DNA of 64,000 bases from contig CBFGOI010000003.1 of the NCBI GenBank assembly GCA_965650335.1, forward strand, positions 28,152-92,151, in the 5' to 3' direction. Made by a program: the position numbers and the translations under genes. Below are positions 35,465 through 45,185 of this stretch, piece by piece. The DNA comes from an uncultured Pedobacter sp. GTDB lineage: Bacteria; Bacteroidota; Bacteroidia; Sphingobacteriales; Sphingobacteriaceae. Under the pieces are notes generated by a model that saw nothing but the letters and a program-made list of their open reading frames with translations, did not search any database and had not been told where the DNA came from. How positions within the stretch are numbered: position 1 is the first letter of the stretch; every line of letters starts with the position of its first letter.

Positions 35465-35572
35465 AAAAAGTTAAGAAGTGGTTGCGACACTTCTTAACCC
35501 AAAACCTAAACTATCGGATTAGTGCTTTATCACTAATGCCAGGTTTTTTATTGTCTCATTTTTGGAAATAAA
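35465..35572 (-). ncRNA. Putative cis-antisense sRNA in the susC1 leader (copy 1); ends approximate
   Basis: Perfect 11-bp stem gttaagaagtg/cacttcttaac (35470-35498) with an A5 tract on its left, i.e. a U-tail on the minus strand. Minus-strand TACTTTTA (-7-like) overlaps the susC ATG. The element is duplicated at 41.7 kb. Confidence 0.5.
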
Positions 35573-35584
35573 ACAAATAAAAGT

Positions 35585-38500
35585 ATGAATTTTTATTTAC
35601 AACTCTCTAATGACTTAGGTTATATTATGAGAATTACATTAAGTCAATTAATAATATTTATTGTTTTAACAGGTGTCTCCTATGCCGACGAAAGCAACGC
35701 ACAAGGTGTGTTGAATAACTCTGTTAAATTAAATCAAACTACCACTACGTTAAACAATGCCTTAAAAAAGATTGAAAAAGTAGCCGATGTCAAATTTGTT
35801 TATAGCAAAAACATCATCGATGCAGACCAATTAGTTTCCATATCGGCAGATAGCGAGAAGCTTTCTGTCATACTCGACGATTTACTCAAGTCTCGAGGTA
35901 TCGGGTATGAGGTAATGAACCAGCAGATTATTTTAAGTCCCCTGGTTCCTGAAGAAAAAAATACCGGATCAGGTGATATTAATTCAGTAAGGCAGGATAT
36001 AATCGTTACCGGAAAAATTACGGATCCAAGCGGCGAGCCTTTAATCGGGGTGAGCATTAAATTGAAAGGCTCAACATCTGGTGCAGCCAGCAATGTCTCA
36101 GGAAATTATTCAATTACCATACCTTCTAACATCACAAATCCGGTATTAGTGTTTTCATATCTCGGCTATGCAACTAAGGAAGTCGCTGTAGAGGGGAAAA
36201 CATCTATCAACGTTCAATTAGTCGAGGATGTTAAAACATTGCAGGAGGTAGTAGTAGTAGGTTATGGCACGCAGAAAAGAGGGGATGTTTCGCAGGCGAT
36301 TGCTTCTGTTGATATGGAGAATCTTAGAGATGTACCGGTAACAAACGTTACGCAGGCTCTGCAAGGAAGGATACCGGGCCTCGTGTCAACTCCCAGTTCT
36401 TTTCGTCCGGGCTCAGGATCAAGTATCAGATTGAGAGGTACCAGATCTTTAACAGCCGGGAATGACCCGCTTTATGTGGTAGATGGTATTCCGATCAGCT
36501 ATACAATTGATGATATCAATCCTCTGGATATTGAATCGATTGATGTGCTTAAGGATGCCGCAGCAACAGCTATTTATGGATCAAGAGGTGCAAATGGAGT
36601 AATTCAGATAACGACTAAAAAAGGAAAGGCAGGGAAGCTTTCTATTGATTATAATGGAAATACATCCGCCGACAATATTGTCAGAAAGCTTGAAGTATAT
36701 AACGGTCCCGAATTCGCCCAGTTTAGGCGAGACGCGTTTATCGGCTCCGGTGTCTATAATGCTACTGCGAATGCGAATAACACCAACAAACGATATTTTC
36801 CTGATCCCGAAGCGGATTACGAATTATTTAAAAGCAATGACAACATGCTTTGGGATAATGTGAAGAATGCGTATGAATGGATTGATCTTGATATTACGAG
36901 CACACCAAAAAGATTTGTTGCTAAAACCCGGCCCACTACAGCAGAAGAAAAAGCTGTAATGGCAAGTTTGGGCTATCCTGTTTTAAATGAAGTTGCAATA
37001 TATGACCCTTCTAAAATTACAACTTATAACTGGGGAGATGATGCCTTAAGAACGGGGATCACCCAAAATCACAACCTTTCTATCTCTGGGGGATCTGATA
37101 AGTTCAGAAGTGCTTTCGGCGGTGGTTATTTTAAACAAACTGGTATCATAAAAAGCCAGGATTTCGCTCGATTCACTTTATCAAATAATAATAATTTCAG
37201 ACCCAGGGAATATTTGAATTTCGGAACCAATCTAAATTATTCCAATGCGATTCGTAATAGCGGTACAGATTTGTATAGTGGCGCAAGCGGGCAGTTTCCT
37301 CTAACCACTCCTTACGATAGCAATGGAAAGTTTCTTCTCAATCCTGGAGCTGACGATCAGGTATTTAATCCTTTAAACGATCCAAATACTGTGTTCGACG
37401 AAACAAGAACTAACCGTTTGTTAGCTAACGTCTTCGGCCAGGTAGATATCTTAAAAGGTCTGAGCTTTAAAAGTGCATTTGGCGTCGACCTTAATACCTC
37501 AAGAAGAGGGCGGTTCAATGGAGCCGTTTCATCCGTCCGACGAAATGCTGCACCCAACGGTAATTACGATACGAATAATGGCTTAGTATGGACACTTCAA
37601 AACCAATTGAGTTATAACACCACCTTTGCGGGGAAACACGACTTTTCTGCGACTGTTGTACAAGAGCTTAGAAAGCGAAGGGACGAAGAGAATAATACCA
37701 GTGCCAATGAACTAACTTACGAAACTCAAAAATGGTATGCCCTGCAAAACAATGCCAAAGGAGTGACTGTGGTTTCGGGTAACTTCTTGCAAGATCAGTT
37801 AGCGTCTCATCTCGGCCGTATTAACTATTCTTATGATAGTAAGTATATATTCTCCGCAGCTCTTCGGCACGATGCTTCTTCTGTTTTGTCTCCTGAAAAT
37901 CAAAGTCAGTTATTCCCTTCTGCTTCTATCGCATGGCGGTTAGACCGGGAATCGTTCATTAAAGCCATACCCGCTATCGAGCAATTGAAATTGCGCTTAG
38001 GATTTGGTGCAGTTGGAAATGCCGGTATAGATCCCTATCAAACTGCTGGTGTTTTATTCAGAGATCCGTCCTATTATAACTTTGGAAATAATGTAGCCAT
38101 CGGATATACCCCCCAATACCTGCGTTCTGAGGTTACTTGGGAGAGAACTATTACAAAGAATCTTGGGGTAGATTATGGATTCTTGAAGGGGCGGTTAACG
38201 GGGGCGATCGATATTTATGAATCGAATACAAACAATATTCAAAATATCCCGCTGCCAGGAGCTGGAGGAATAGCTAGTGCGCTTGTTAATTTGGGAAATG
38301 TTCGAAACAGAGGCCTTGAAATAGCGCTGTCTACTGTTAACATCGACAAGTCTGCCAAAAAGGGTGGGTTTCGATGGACATCAGATTTCGCTTTCTCCAC
38401 TAACAAGGAAGAGATTACAGAATTAAACAATCGGGGCGTTGACGATATCGCACGCCAGTGGTTTTATGGAAATCCGGTTAGAAGTTACTGGGATTTTAAA

Positions 38501-39163
38501 AGCGATGGAATTTTTCAATATACAGATACACTTTCGGGAGGGATACTTAAAGATTATTTCTGGAAAAAAGCCGGAAAAAATGCTGCCAATTTTCAGCCCG
38601 GGCGGATTAGGGTGCAAGACCTAAATGGAGACACCGTGATTAACGATGCCGATAGAGTAATACTTGGTTCTCCCAATCCAAAATGGACAGGTAGCATCAA
38701 CAATACCTTTTCGTTTAAAGGGTTTGATCTTTCAAGCTTTATTTATATAAGCCACGGTTCGCTGGTTAGAGATTTCAGGCCAGGCTTGGTTGGCCGATAT
38801 CCAGGTCAAAAGGTAAATTATTGGACTCCGACCAATCCATCTAATGAATATCAACAGCCAAACAGAACAAGCGATATTCCTCTCTACTGGCAATCTTTAA
38901 GTTTTCGCGACGGCTCATTTGTGAGAGTAAGAAGTATTCAACTGGCATATCACATACCTGCTTCCATGCTCGAACGGTTTAGCTTAAGTAATATGACGCT
39001 ATCGTTTAATGCAGTAAATCCTTTCATTTTCAGTAAATATAAGCGTTACGATCCTGAGACAGTTCCGTATAATTCCACGTATCCTCAGGGAAGTACAGCG
39101 AACCCGGCCCCTACTTCTTATAGTTTCCGAAGCTTTGTATTTGGTTTAAGAATGGGATTGTAA
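35585..39163 (+). CDS. susC: SusC/RagA TonB-dependent transducer with N-terminal STN signalling domain
   Basis: Signal peptide, STN-like segment (LNNALKKIEKVADVKFVYS...), CarboxypepD-like domain, EVVVVGYGTQ, PLYVVDGIP, LKDAAATAIYGSRGANGVIQITTKKG and a beta-barrel. Confidence 0.96.
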   Translation: MNFYLQLSNDLGYIMRITLSQLIIFIVLTGVSYADESNAQGVLNNSVKLNQTTTTLNNALKKIEKVADVKFVYSKNIIDADQLVSISADSEKLSVILDDLLKSRGIGYEVMNQQIILSPLVPEEKNTGSGDINSVRQDIIVTGKITDPSGEPLIGVSIKLKGSTSGAASNVSGNYSITIPSNITNPVLVFSYLGYATKEVAVEGKTSINVQLVEDVKTLQEVVVVGYGTQKRGDVSQAIASVDMENLRDVPVTNVTQALQGRIPGLVSTPSSFRPGSGSSIRLRGTRSLTAGNDPLYVVDGIPISYTIDDINPLDIESIDVLKDAAATAIYGSRGANGVIQITTKKGKAGKLSIDYNGNTSADNIVRKLEVYNGPEFAQFRRDAFIGSGVYNATANANNTNKRYFPDPEADYELFKSNDNMLWDNVKNAYEWIDLDITSTPKRFVAKTRPTTAEEKAVMASLGYPVLNEVAIYDPSKITTYNWGDDALRTGITQNHNLSISGGSDKFRSAFGGGYFKQTGIIKSQDFARFTLSNNNNFRPREYLNFGTNLNYSNAIRNSGTDLYSGASGQFPLTTPYDSNGKFLLNPGADDQVFNPLNDPNTVFDETRTNRLLANVFGQVDILKGLSFKSAFGVDLNTSRRGRFNGAVSSVRRNAAPNGNYDTNNGLVWTLQNQLSYNTTFAGKHDFSATVVQELRKRRDEENNTSANELTYETQKWYALQNNAKGVTVVSGNFLQDQLASHLGRINYSYDSKYIFSAALRHDASSVLSPENQSQLFPSASIAWRLDRESFIKAIPAIEQLKLRLGFGAVGNAGIDPYQTAGVLFRDPSYYNFGNNVAIGYTPQYLRSEVTWERTITKNLGVDYGFLKGRLTGAIDIYESNTNNIQNIPLPGAGGIASALVNLGNVRNRGLEIALSTVNIDKSAKKGGFRWTSDFAFSTNKEEITELNNRGVDDIARQWFYGNPVRSYWDFKSDGIFQYTDTLSGGILKDYFWKKAGKNAANFQPGRIRVQDLNGDTVINDADRVILGSPNPKWTGSINNTFSFKGFDLSSFIYISHGSLVRDFRPGLVGRYPGQKVNYWTPTNPSNEYQQPNRTSDIPLYWQSLSFRDGSFVRVRSIQLAYHIPASMLERFSLSNMTLSFNAVNPFIFSKYKRYDPETVPYNSTYPQGSTANPAPTSYSFRSFVFGLRMGL

Positions 39164-39191
39164 GATTGTTTAATGATATAATTTAAAAACA

Positions 39192-41198
39192 ATGAAAAAA
39201 TATTATATAGTTGCCATAACCCTCTTATTTGTTCTGAGTAATTTCTCTTGTAAGAAGTTCGTTGAAGAGGAATTGATAAGCACCTTAACTTTTGATTACT
39301 ATAAAACGGATAAAGGCCTCGAAGATCTGGTTGAAGCCGCTTACGCTCCCGTAAGGTGGAAGTTCAATAATGAGCAGTCATATACTCTCTTTAATTTTGG
39401 AACAGATGAATTTATCCTGGGCGATCAGTTTAATAATGTGCATTACAATACGTATTCTCCGGTATTAAATCCCAGTGAATCAGCTTTAAACGCCTTATGG
39501 AATAATAATTATGATGGAATTAATCGTTGTAACATAGGTATTGAATTGATTGGTGCCTTCAATGATGCGAATTCGGCCCTTTTAGAAACCGAATCAAAAC
39601 GCAGGCAGCGAATAGGCGAATTGCGTTTCCTGCGTGCCTACTACTATTTGATGATGGTTCAGCAGTTCGGGGGGGTGCCCTTGGTTCTCGAATCAAGTAA
39701 CGAAGTTCGTACTGATTTCCCCAGAGCAAGTACCGCCGATGTCTATAAAGCGATAATTGCGGATTTGATTTTTGCAAAAGACAATTTAGCCCCCACAACA
39801 ACTCTGCTGGGCCGTGCCACCAAAGGGGCTGCACAGCATTTTCTGGCAAAGACCTATCTAACCAGAGGAAGCGCAGTTAGTGTCGAGGCAAAAAAAGAGC
39901 GGGGAACACTGGCTACGGATTTGGATAGCGCTATCTTTCATTCGGAGGCGGTTATAGCCGGGCCCTATGCGCTCGAGTCGGATTACATGAATCTATTTTT
40001 CGGGGTTTATCCAAATGGATATCCGAATGTGTTAACACCGGCAATCGGAGAACACGGATCTGCACCGGCGGGCGATTACGCGAAGCTCGCCACTTCAAAT
40101 AATAGCAAGGAAATTATCTTCGCGGCGCAGTTTATAAACAATATTACCGCAAATGGTACTGGTAATAGAGTGCATGAGTATTTTTTAATGCAGTATGATT
40201 CTGGCATACCAGGAATGGTAAGAGACCAGTTCAATGGTCGCCCATTCCGACGTACCGGCCCATCAGATTATACTATTGATCTTTTTGACCGAAAAAATGA
40301 TTCTCGTTTTTATAAAAGCTTTAGAACGGCATATTATTCCAATGCTGACGCGAAGCTAACTTTCACTTCGGCTAATGCACCAAATCCATCGCTTGTTGGC
40401 AAGCCAAAATTTGGGATAGGAGATACGGCGGCTTTGTTTATTGTAAACAATAGAAATACGGCCATCCTCAATACGGACCTTCCTAAATATCGATATGCAG
40501 CTTATGCACGATACATAAAAAATTCAGCGGGAGTTATTTCAAAAGGTTTTACAACCAGTAAGTATCTCTCTTTGGTTAAGCATATCGACCCGGTGCGTGT
40601 TACTACAACAGTTAATGAGGAATCGGGCGTAAAAAATGGTATTCTGGCCCGACTTGGCGAAACTCATTTAATTGCTGCAGAAGCATATGGAAGAAAAGGC
40701 TTGTTTACAGATGCATTACGACATGTGAATAAAATCAGAGCCAGAGCAGCCTATCATGCCGGTGAATTTAAAAATCCGCAAACCTGGAAATTTGATGGAG
40801 GCACCCCCGGTGATGTTTCTGATACCTATCCTAATATGATAGCAACCACCGCCTTGTTCACAACCAATGCGGCCAGCGAGCTTTACCCAATTACTGTTAC
40901 CACCAATGAAGAACGGTTTATACATTTTATGTTAAATGAAAGAACAAGAGAGCTTTGTGGCGAACTGTATCGTTGGGAAGATCTTGTAAGAACAGAAACC
41001 TTATATCAAAGGGTGAACCAGGAAAATGGTAGTTATATCAAAGACGGTATTACTCAAAAATATAATCCCGATGCAACCGATATTAAACCATATCATAAAT
41101 TGCGTCCCATCCCAAGTCAACAAATTGAGTTAACCACCTCCAATGGTGTAGCCCTCACCCCCGCGGAGAAAGCCGCATATCAAAACCCTGGATATTAA
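39192..41198 (+). CDS. susD: SusD/RagB lipoprotein
   Basis: Lipobox FS-C followed by KKFVEEE, ELRFLRAYYY, FGGVPL, RATKGAA, RLGETHLIAAEA and ERTRELCGELYRWEDLVR. Confidence 0.95.
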   Translation: MKKYYIVAITLLFVLSNFSCKKFVEEELISTLTFDYYKTDKGLEDLVEAAYAPVRWKFNNEQSYTLFNFGTDEFILGDQFNNVHYNTYSPVLNPSESALNALWNNNYDGINRCNIGIELIGAFNDANSALLETESKRRQRIGELRFLRAYYYLMMVQQFGGVPLVLESSNEVRTDFPRASTADVYKAIIADLIFAKDNLAPTTTLLGRATKGAAQHFLAKTYLTRGSAVSVEAKKERGTLATDLDSAIFHSEAVIAGPYALESDYMNLFFGVYPNGYPNVLTPAIGEHGSAPAGDYAKLATSNNSKEIIFAAQFINNITANGTGNRVHEYFLMQYDSGIPGMVRDQFNGRPFRRTGPSDYTIDLFDRKNDSRFYKSFRTAYYSNADAKLTFTSANAPNPSLVGKPKFGIGDTAALFIVNNRNTAILNTDLPKYRYAAYARYIKNSAGVISKGFTTSKYLSLVKHIDPVRVTTTVNEESGVKNGILARLGETHLIAAEAYGRKGLFTDALRHVNKIRARAAYHAGEFKNPQTWKFDGGTPGDVSDTYPNMIATTALFTTNAASELYPITVTTNEERFIHFMLNERTRELCGELYRWEDLVRTETLYQRVNQENGSYIKDGITQKYNPDATDIKPYHKLRPIPSQQIELTTSNGVALTPAEKAAYQNPGY

Positions 41199-41238
41199 TA
41201 AATATTTCTGCCTGCGCTTGTAACCGGGCGCATATCAC

Positions 41239-41270
41239 AAAGGACAAAGCCGAGAGCTTTGTCCTTTTTT
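41239..41270 (+). terminator. Intrinsic terminator after susD1
   Basis: aaaggacaaagc-cgaga-gctttgtccttt followed by more T residues. Confidence 0.85.
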
Positions 41271-41698
41271 GTTACATCAAATACAAGTGAAGCTATCTAC
41301 ATCATCTTTTGCAGAAATTTTTGACGTTCTGCTTTTTCCGTCGCGCGCAGTTTCATGTAAATCTGCCTCGAATTTCTGAAAAAATCGAATGCCAAAGACC
41401 TCAGATCCATCAAAAAAAAATCTCGCGAATTGAGAATTTATCAGCTAATAATTAAAATAGAATTTAACTAAACAGTTTGAAAATAAGAGTGTTGTTGTCA
41501 AATCCAGAGGGTGTTAAATCTCTTTTGAAACCAATTTACCAATATGAAAATTATTATTTAATATCCATTAATTAGCTGTTAGTACAAGTTGTATGATGTT
41601 GCTTTTCGTAAGACAAAAGCCTGATGAAAGGGGCTCGAAACCTAATTGAACAATTAAACTAATAAGAATGAATAGAGGAAAGCAAGCGAAAGATTATT

Positions 41699-41810
41699 AA
41701 AAAAGTTAAGAAGTGTGTGCAGCACTCCTTAACCAAAGACCTGTCTATCGAATAATAGTGCATTATTTCTAATGCCCAGGTTTTTTATTGTCTCATTTTT
41801 TGGAAATAAA
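41699..41810 (-). ncRNA. Putative cis-antisense sRNA in the susC2 leader (copy 2); ends approximate
   Basis: Stem gttaagaagtg/cactccttaac (41705-41733). Its single A-C mismatch becomes a G-U pair on the minus strand. A6 tract at 41699-41704, and minus-strand TACATTTA over the ATG at 41823. Confidence 0.5.
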
Positions 41811-41822
41811 ACAAATAAATGT

Positions 41823-44800
41823 ATGAAATTTTACCTACAAGTCTCTAGTAAGTTAGGGAATATTCTAAGAAACAGATTAAGTCAGCTTGTGCTGGCTATT
41901 AGTTTAACCGTCATTTCTTTTGGAGAGAACAATTCCATTATTGTATCTGCTGCAAAAGCACAGACACGCGTTTCGGGAAAAGTTACCGATGCGTCAGGCG
42001 AAGGCCTTATTGGCGTAAGTGTAAAACTGAAAGGCAGCAGCACCGGAGTGGCGACGGACGTTTCAGGGAATTACGTTACAACTATTCCTGATAATGTTGC
42101 CAGTCCCGTGCTCGTATTTTCTTATATCGGTTTTGTATCTCAGGAAGTTGCTGTTAATGGCCGAACAACAATTAACGTTCAGTTAGTTGAAGATACCAAA
42201 ACCCTCGAAGAGGTGGTGGTGGTAGGTTATGGTACTCAAAGAAAAAGTGATGTTACCGGTGCCTTAACAAGTGTTTCTGCCGAAACAATTCAGGAACGTC
42301 CGGTTACCAATGTATTGCAGGCTGTACAGGGGAAAGCAGCCGGAGTAAACGTTACGACCAATTTAAAGCCGGGTGAAACGCCGAACGTAAGCATACGGGG
42401 TAACCGGTCTTTAGGAGCATCGAATGATCCATTATATGTAGTTGATGGTATTCCAATTGTATCTGCTTTGGGCGTTACTTCATTTTCTATCAATGATATC
42501 AACCCCAATGATATTGCGTCAATGGAAATTTTAAAGGATGCTTCAGCCACCGCGATTTATGGATCTCGCGGAGCAAACGGTGTGATTCTTATTACCACTA
42601 AAAAGGGTTCGCAAGGAAAAGTTGCTATAAACTATAGCAGTACAGTTGCCTTGGACTGGTATAAATCATTAACCGATTGGATGAATGGGAGCCAATATAT
42701 AGATCGATGGCGGGAATCTCTGATTAATGGTCGTCAGTACGGAAATATCCCTACCACGATCAATAACTCTGATCTATCTAAACCCGCTGTAGTTTGGTAT
42801 CCCGATCCATTTGAAGATGTTAAAAGGATGGGACTTGGATCGGATCTTGTGGCACGGAATTCCGTTTGGATGGGGTATGATTGGGATGAGTTTGGGGTAA
42901 CAGTAAAAACCCGTCCGACAACTGCACAAGAACAGGCTATGGGTTGGCCGGCTCAGGTTCCGATATATAACTCAGCCAATATCAGGTCGTACGACTGGAC
43001 CAATGATGTTCTCCGCCAGGGGATAAATCAAAACCATCAAATAGCGCTCAGCGCAGGTTCGGAAATCTCCCGTTTATACCTCTCTCTTGGATACAACAAT
43101 GTAACAGGGGTTCAAAGAGATCAGGATTTTAATAGATACAACGTCAATCTGAACGGAGATATCACCGCCACTAAATGGCTAACACTGGGAACTTCCATAA
43201 TGGGTTCTTTCTCAACACAGAATTATGGCATATTTGGCCCGAATACCAGCAATACTGGCTCTAAAGATTTATACTCAAGGGCTCTTGATCAATTTCCTTA
43301 TGCACTTCCCAGGGGCGATAATGGCGAGTTTATTAGAAATCCGGGAGGAAATCTCAACTTGTGGAACCCAATAATTGATATAGACCAATCTGTAAATGAG
43401 CGACGTTCGGCATCGGCAATGGCCAATATGTTTTCTGAGGTGAAGTTCACCCCATGGTTAAAATACCGCCTCAACTTCGGAACACAGTTCCGAACATTCA
43501 GAATTGGAGCATGGACTGGTCCGGAAGCGACAAATCACTTAACAAACAGACCAAACACTGCCGGATATAACAGAGATGAAAACTTCTCCTGGGTAGCAGA
43601 GAATCTTTTGTATTTAAATAAAACCTTCGGTAGCGATCATGTGCTGGGTGTTACCTTGTTGCAGTCGGCTCAAAAGTCGAGAAGAGAAAATGTTGCTACA
43701 AGCGTATCTGGTACAACTATTCCGTTAAGTATGTGGTATGATCTTGCTTCCAATACAAATGGCCAGCCAAATAGCTATGGGTCCAGTTTTACAGAAAACA
43801 CCTTGTTCTCTTATATGGCACGGGCTAATTATACTCTGATGAATAAGTATTTACTTACCGCATCAGGGCGCTTTGACGGAGCTTCTGTACTTGCCAAGGG
43901 ACATAAATGGGACTTTTTCCCTTCGTTTGCTCTCGCCTGGAAGATGCATGAGGAGAAGTTTTTAGAAGGAGTTGATTGGATCAGAGAGTTAAAACCTCGT
44001 TTGGGATACGGAGTGACAGGTAATTCATCGGTGCAACCATATACTACTTCAGGTCCTTTGAGTAGAAACCCTTATATATTTGGTAATTCTCCGGCTATTG
44101 GTTACTTGCCTCAATTGGTACAGAACCCAGATCTGGCCTGGGAAAAAACAGCTCAGTGGAACTTCGGGGTAGATTTTGCTGTCCTTGACAATCGCTTGTC
44201 CGGAGCTATTGAAGTGTACGATTCAAAAACATCTGATTTAATTATGCCTAGAACTATTAACGCGGTTTCTGGCTATGTTACCAAATTTGAAAATATTGGT
44301 AAAACACGTAACAGAGGTCTGGAAATAACACTTTCATCGGATAATATTAAGAAGAAAGATTTTAGCTGGAGTACCGACCTTAATTTTACAACGAATAAGG
44401 AAGAAATCGTTGAGCTGATTAATGGTAAGGAAGACATGCTTTCGAATAATTGGTTCATAGGCCAGCCATTGCAGGCATTTTATTACTATGATTTTAACGG
44501 TCTGTGGCAAAATACCCCCGAGGACCTTGCCGAAATGGCGAAGTTTAAAGCTACTAGTGGTCTTAATTTCTATCCTGGAACAGTTAGGGTGATCGATCAA
44601 AATGGTGATTATAAAATCGACGGTAACGATATGGTCATCAGAGGTTCGGCCAGACCGAAATGGACAGCAGGTATCACCAACACCTTTACCTATAAAAATT
44701 TTAGTTTAAGCTCGTTTGTTTATGCACGAATAGGACAGACCTATTTTGGTGGATATCCTAATTCCTATGGCGGTATTTTCCCTAATGGTCGTGTTGAAAA

Positions 44801-45164
44801 TGATTTATGGTCATGGACAAATCCAGGCGGACGTTGGCCTATGGCTATCATGGGAGCGACGGTAAGTAATTTTTCGCAAGCAATGCAGTATAATCGCGGT
44901 TCATTTGTAGCCGTTAGAAATATTTCGCTTACCTACGATGTTCCCTCGAAACTGATTGAAAAATATACCTTAAAAAATGTCCAGCTAAATATTCAGGTGC
45001 TAAATCCCTTCCTTTTTGGAGGAGATTTAGTTAAGTGGGGAATTAATCCTGATGATGAAACGAACTGGGAAAGGATTTCAAGTAATGGTGGGCCTTTAGG
45101 CGGAACGAATAATAATACAATTCAGCCTCAAAGTTTTGTATTTGGGATACGCGCAGGTTTATAA
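41823..45164 (+). CDS. susC: SusC/RagA TonB-dependent receptor, paralog of susC1 lacking the STN domain
   Basis: ATG at 41823 chosen by alignment with the susC1 leader and N-terminus (MKFYLQVS vs MNFYLQLS). EVVVVGYGTQ, LKDASATAIYGSRGANGVILITTKKG and C-terminal SFVFGIRAGL. Confidence 0.96.
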   Translation: MKFYLQVSSKLGNILRNRLSQLVLAISLTVISFGENNSIIVSAAKAQTRVSGKVTDASGEGLIGVSVKLKGSSTGVATDVSGNYVTTIPDNVASPVLVFSYIGFVSQEVAVNGRTTINVQLVEDTKTLEEVVVVGYGTQRKSDVTGALTSVSAETIQERPVTNVLQAVQGKAAGVNVTTNLKPGETPNVSIRGNRSLGASNDPLYVVDGIPIVSALGVTSFSINDINPNDIASMEILKDASATAIYGSRGANGVILITTKKGSQGKVAINYSSTVALDWYKSLTDWMNGSQYIDRWRESLINGRQYGNIPTTINNSDLSKPAVVWYPDPFEDVKRMGLGSDLVARNSVWMGYDWDEFGVTVKTRPTTAQEQAMGWPAQVPIYNSANIRSYDWTNDVLRQGINQNHQIALSAGSEISRLYLSLGYNNVTGVQRDQDFNRYNVNLNGDITATKWLTLGTSIMGSFSTQNYGIFGPNTSNTGSKDLYSRALDQFPYALPRGDNGEFIRNPGGNLNLWNPIIDIDQSVNERRSASAMANMFSEVKFTPWLKYRLNFGTQFRTFRIGAWTGPEATNHLTNRPNTAGYNRDENFSWVAENLLYLNKTFGSDHVLGVTLLQSAQKSRRENVATSVSGTTIPLSMWYDLASNTNGQPNSYGSSFTENTLFSYMARANYTLMNKYLLTASGRFDGASVLAKGHKWDFFPSFALAWKMHEEKFLEGVDWIRELKPRLGYGVTGNSSVQPYTTSGPLSRNPYIFGNSPAIGYLPQLVQNPDLAWEKTAQWNFGVDFAVLDNRLSGAIEVYDSKTSDLIMPRTINAVSGYVTKFENIGKTRNRGLEITLSSDNIKKKDFSWSTDLNFTTNKEEIVELINGKEDMLSNNWFIGQPLQAFYYYDFNGLWQNTPEDLAEMAKFKATSGLNFYPGTVRVIDQNGDYKIDGNDMVIRGSARPKWTAGITNTFTYKNFSLSSFVYARIGQTYFGGYPNSYGGIFPNGRVENDLWSWTNPGGRWPMAIMGATVSNFSQAMQYNRGSFVAVRNISLTYDVPSKLIEKYTLKNVQLNIQVLNPFLFGGDLVKWGINPDDETNWERISSNGGPLGGTNNNTIQPQSFVFGIRAGL

Positions 45165-45185
45165 AACTTATTTAAAAAGATCGTT

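Noticed and set aside
41297-41410. 37-aa minus-strand ORF MDLRSLAFDFFRNSRQIYMKLRATEKAERQKFLQKMM convergent on the susD1 terminator
   Set aside because: It looks amphipathic but is short, has no recognisable family, and no promoter was seen. tBLASTn conservation would be needed.
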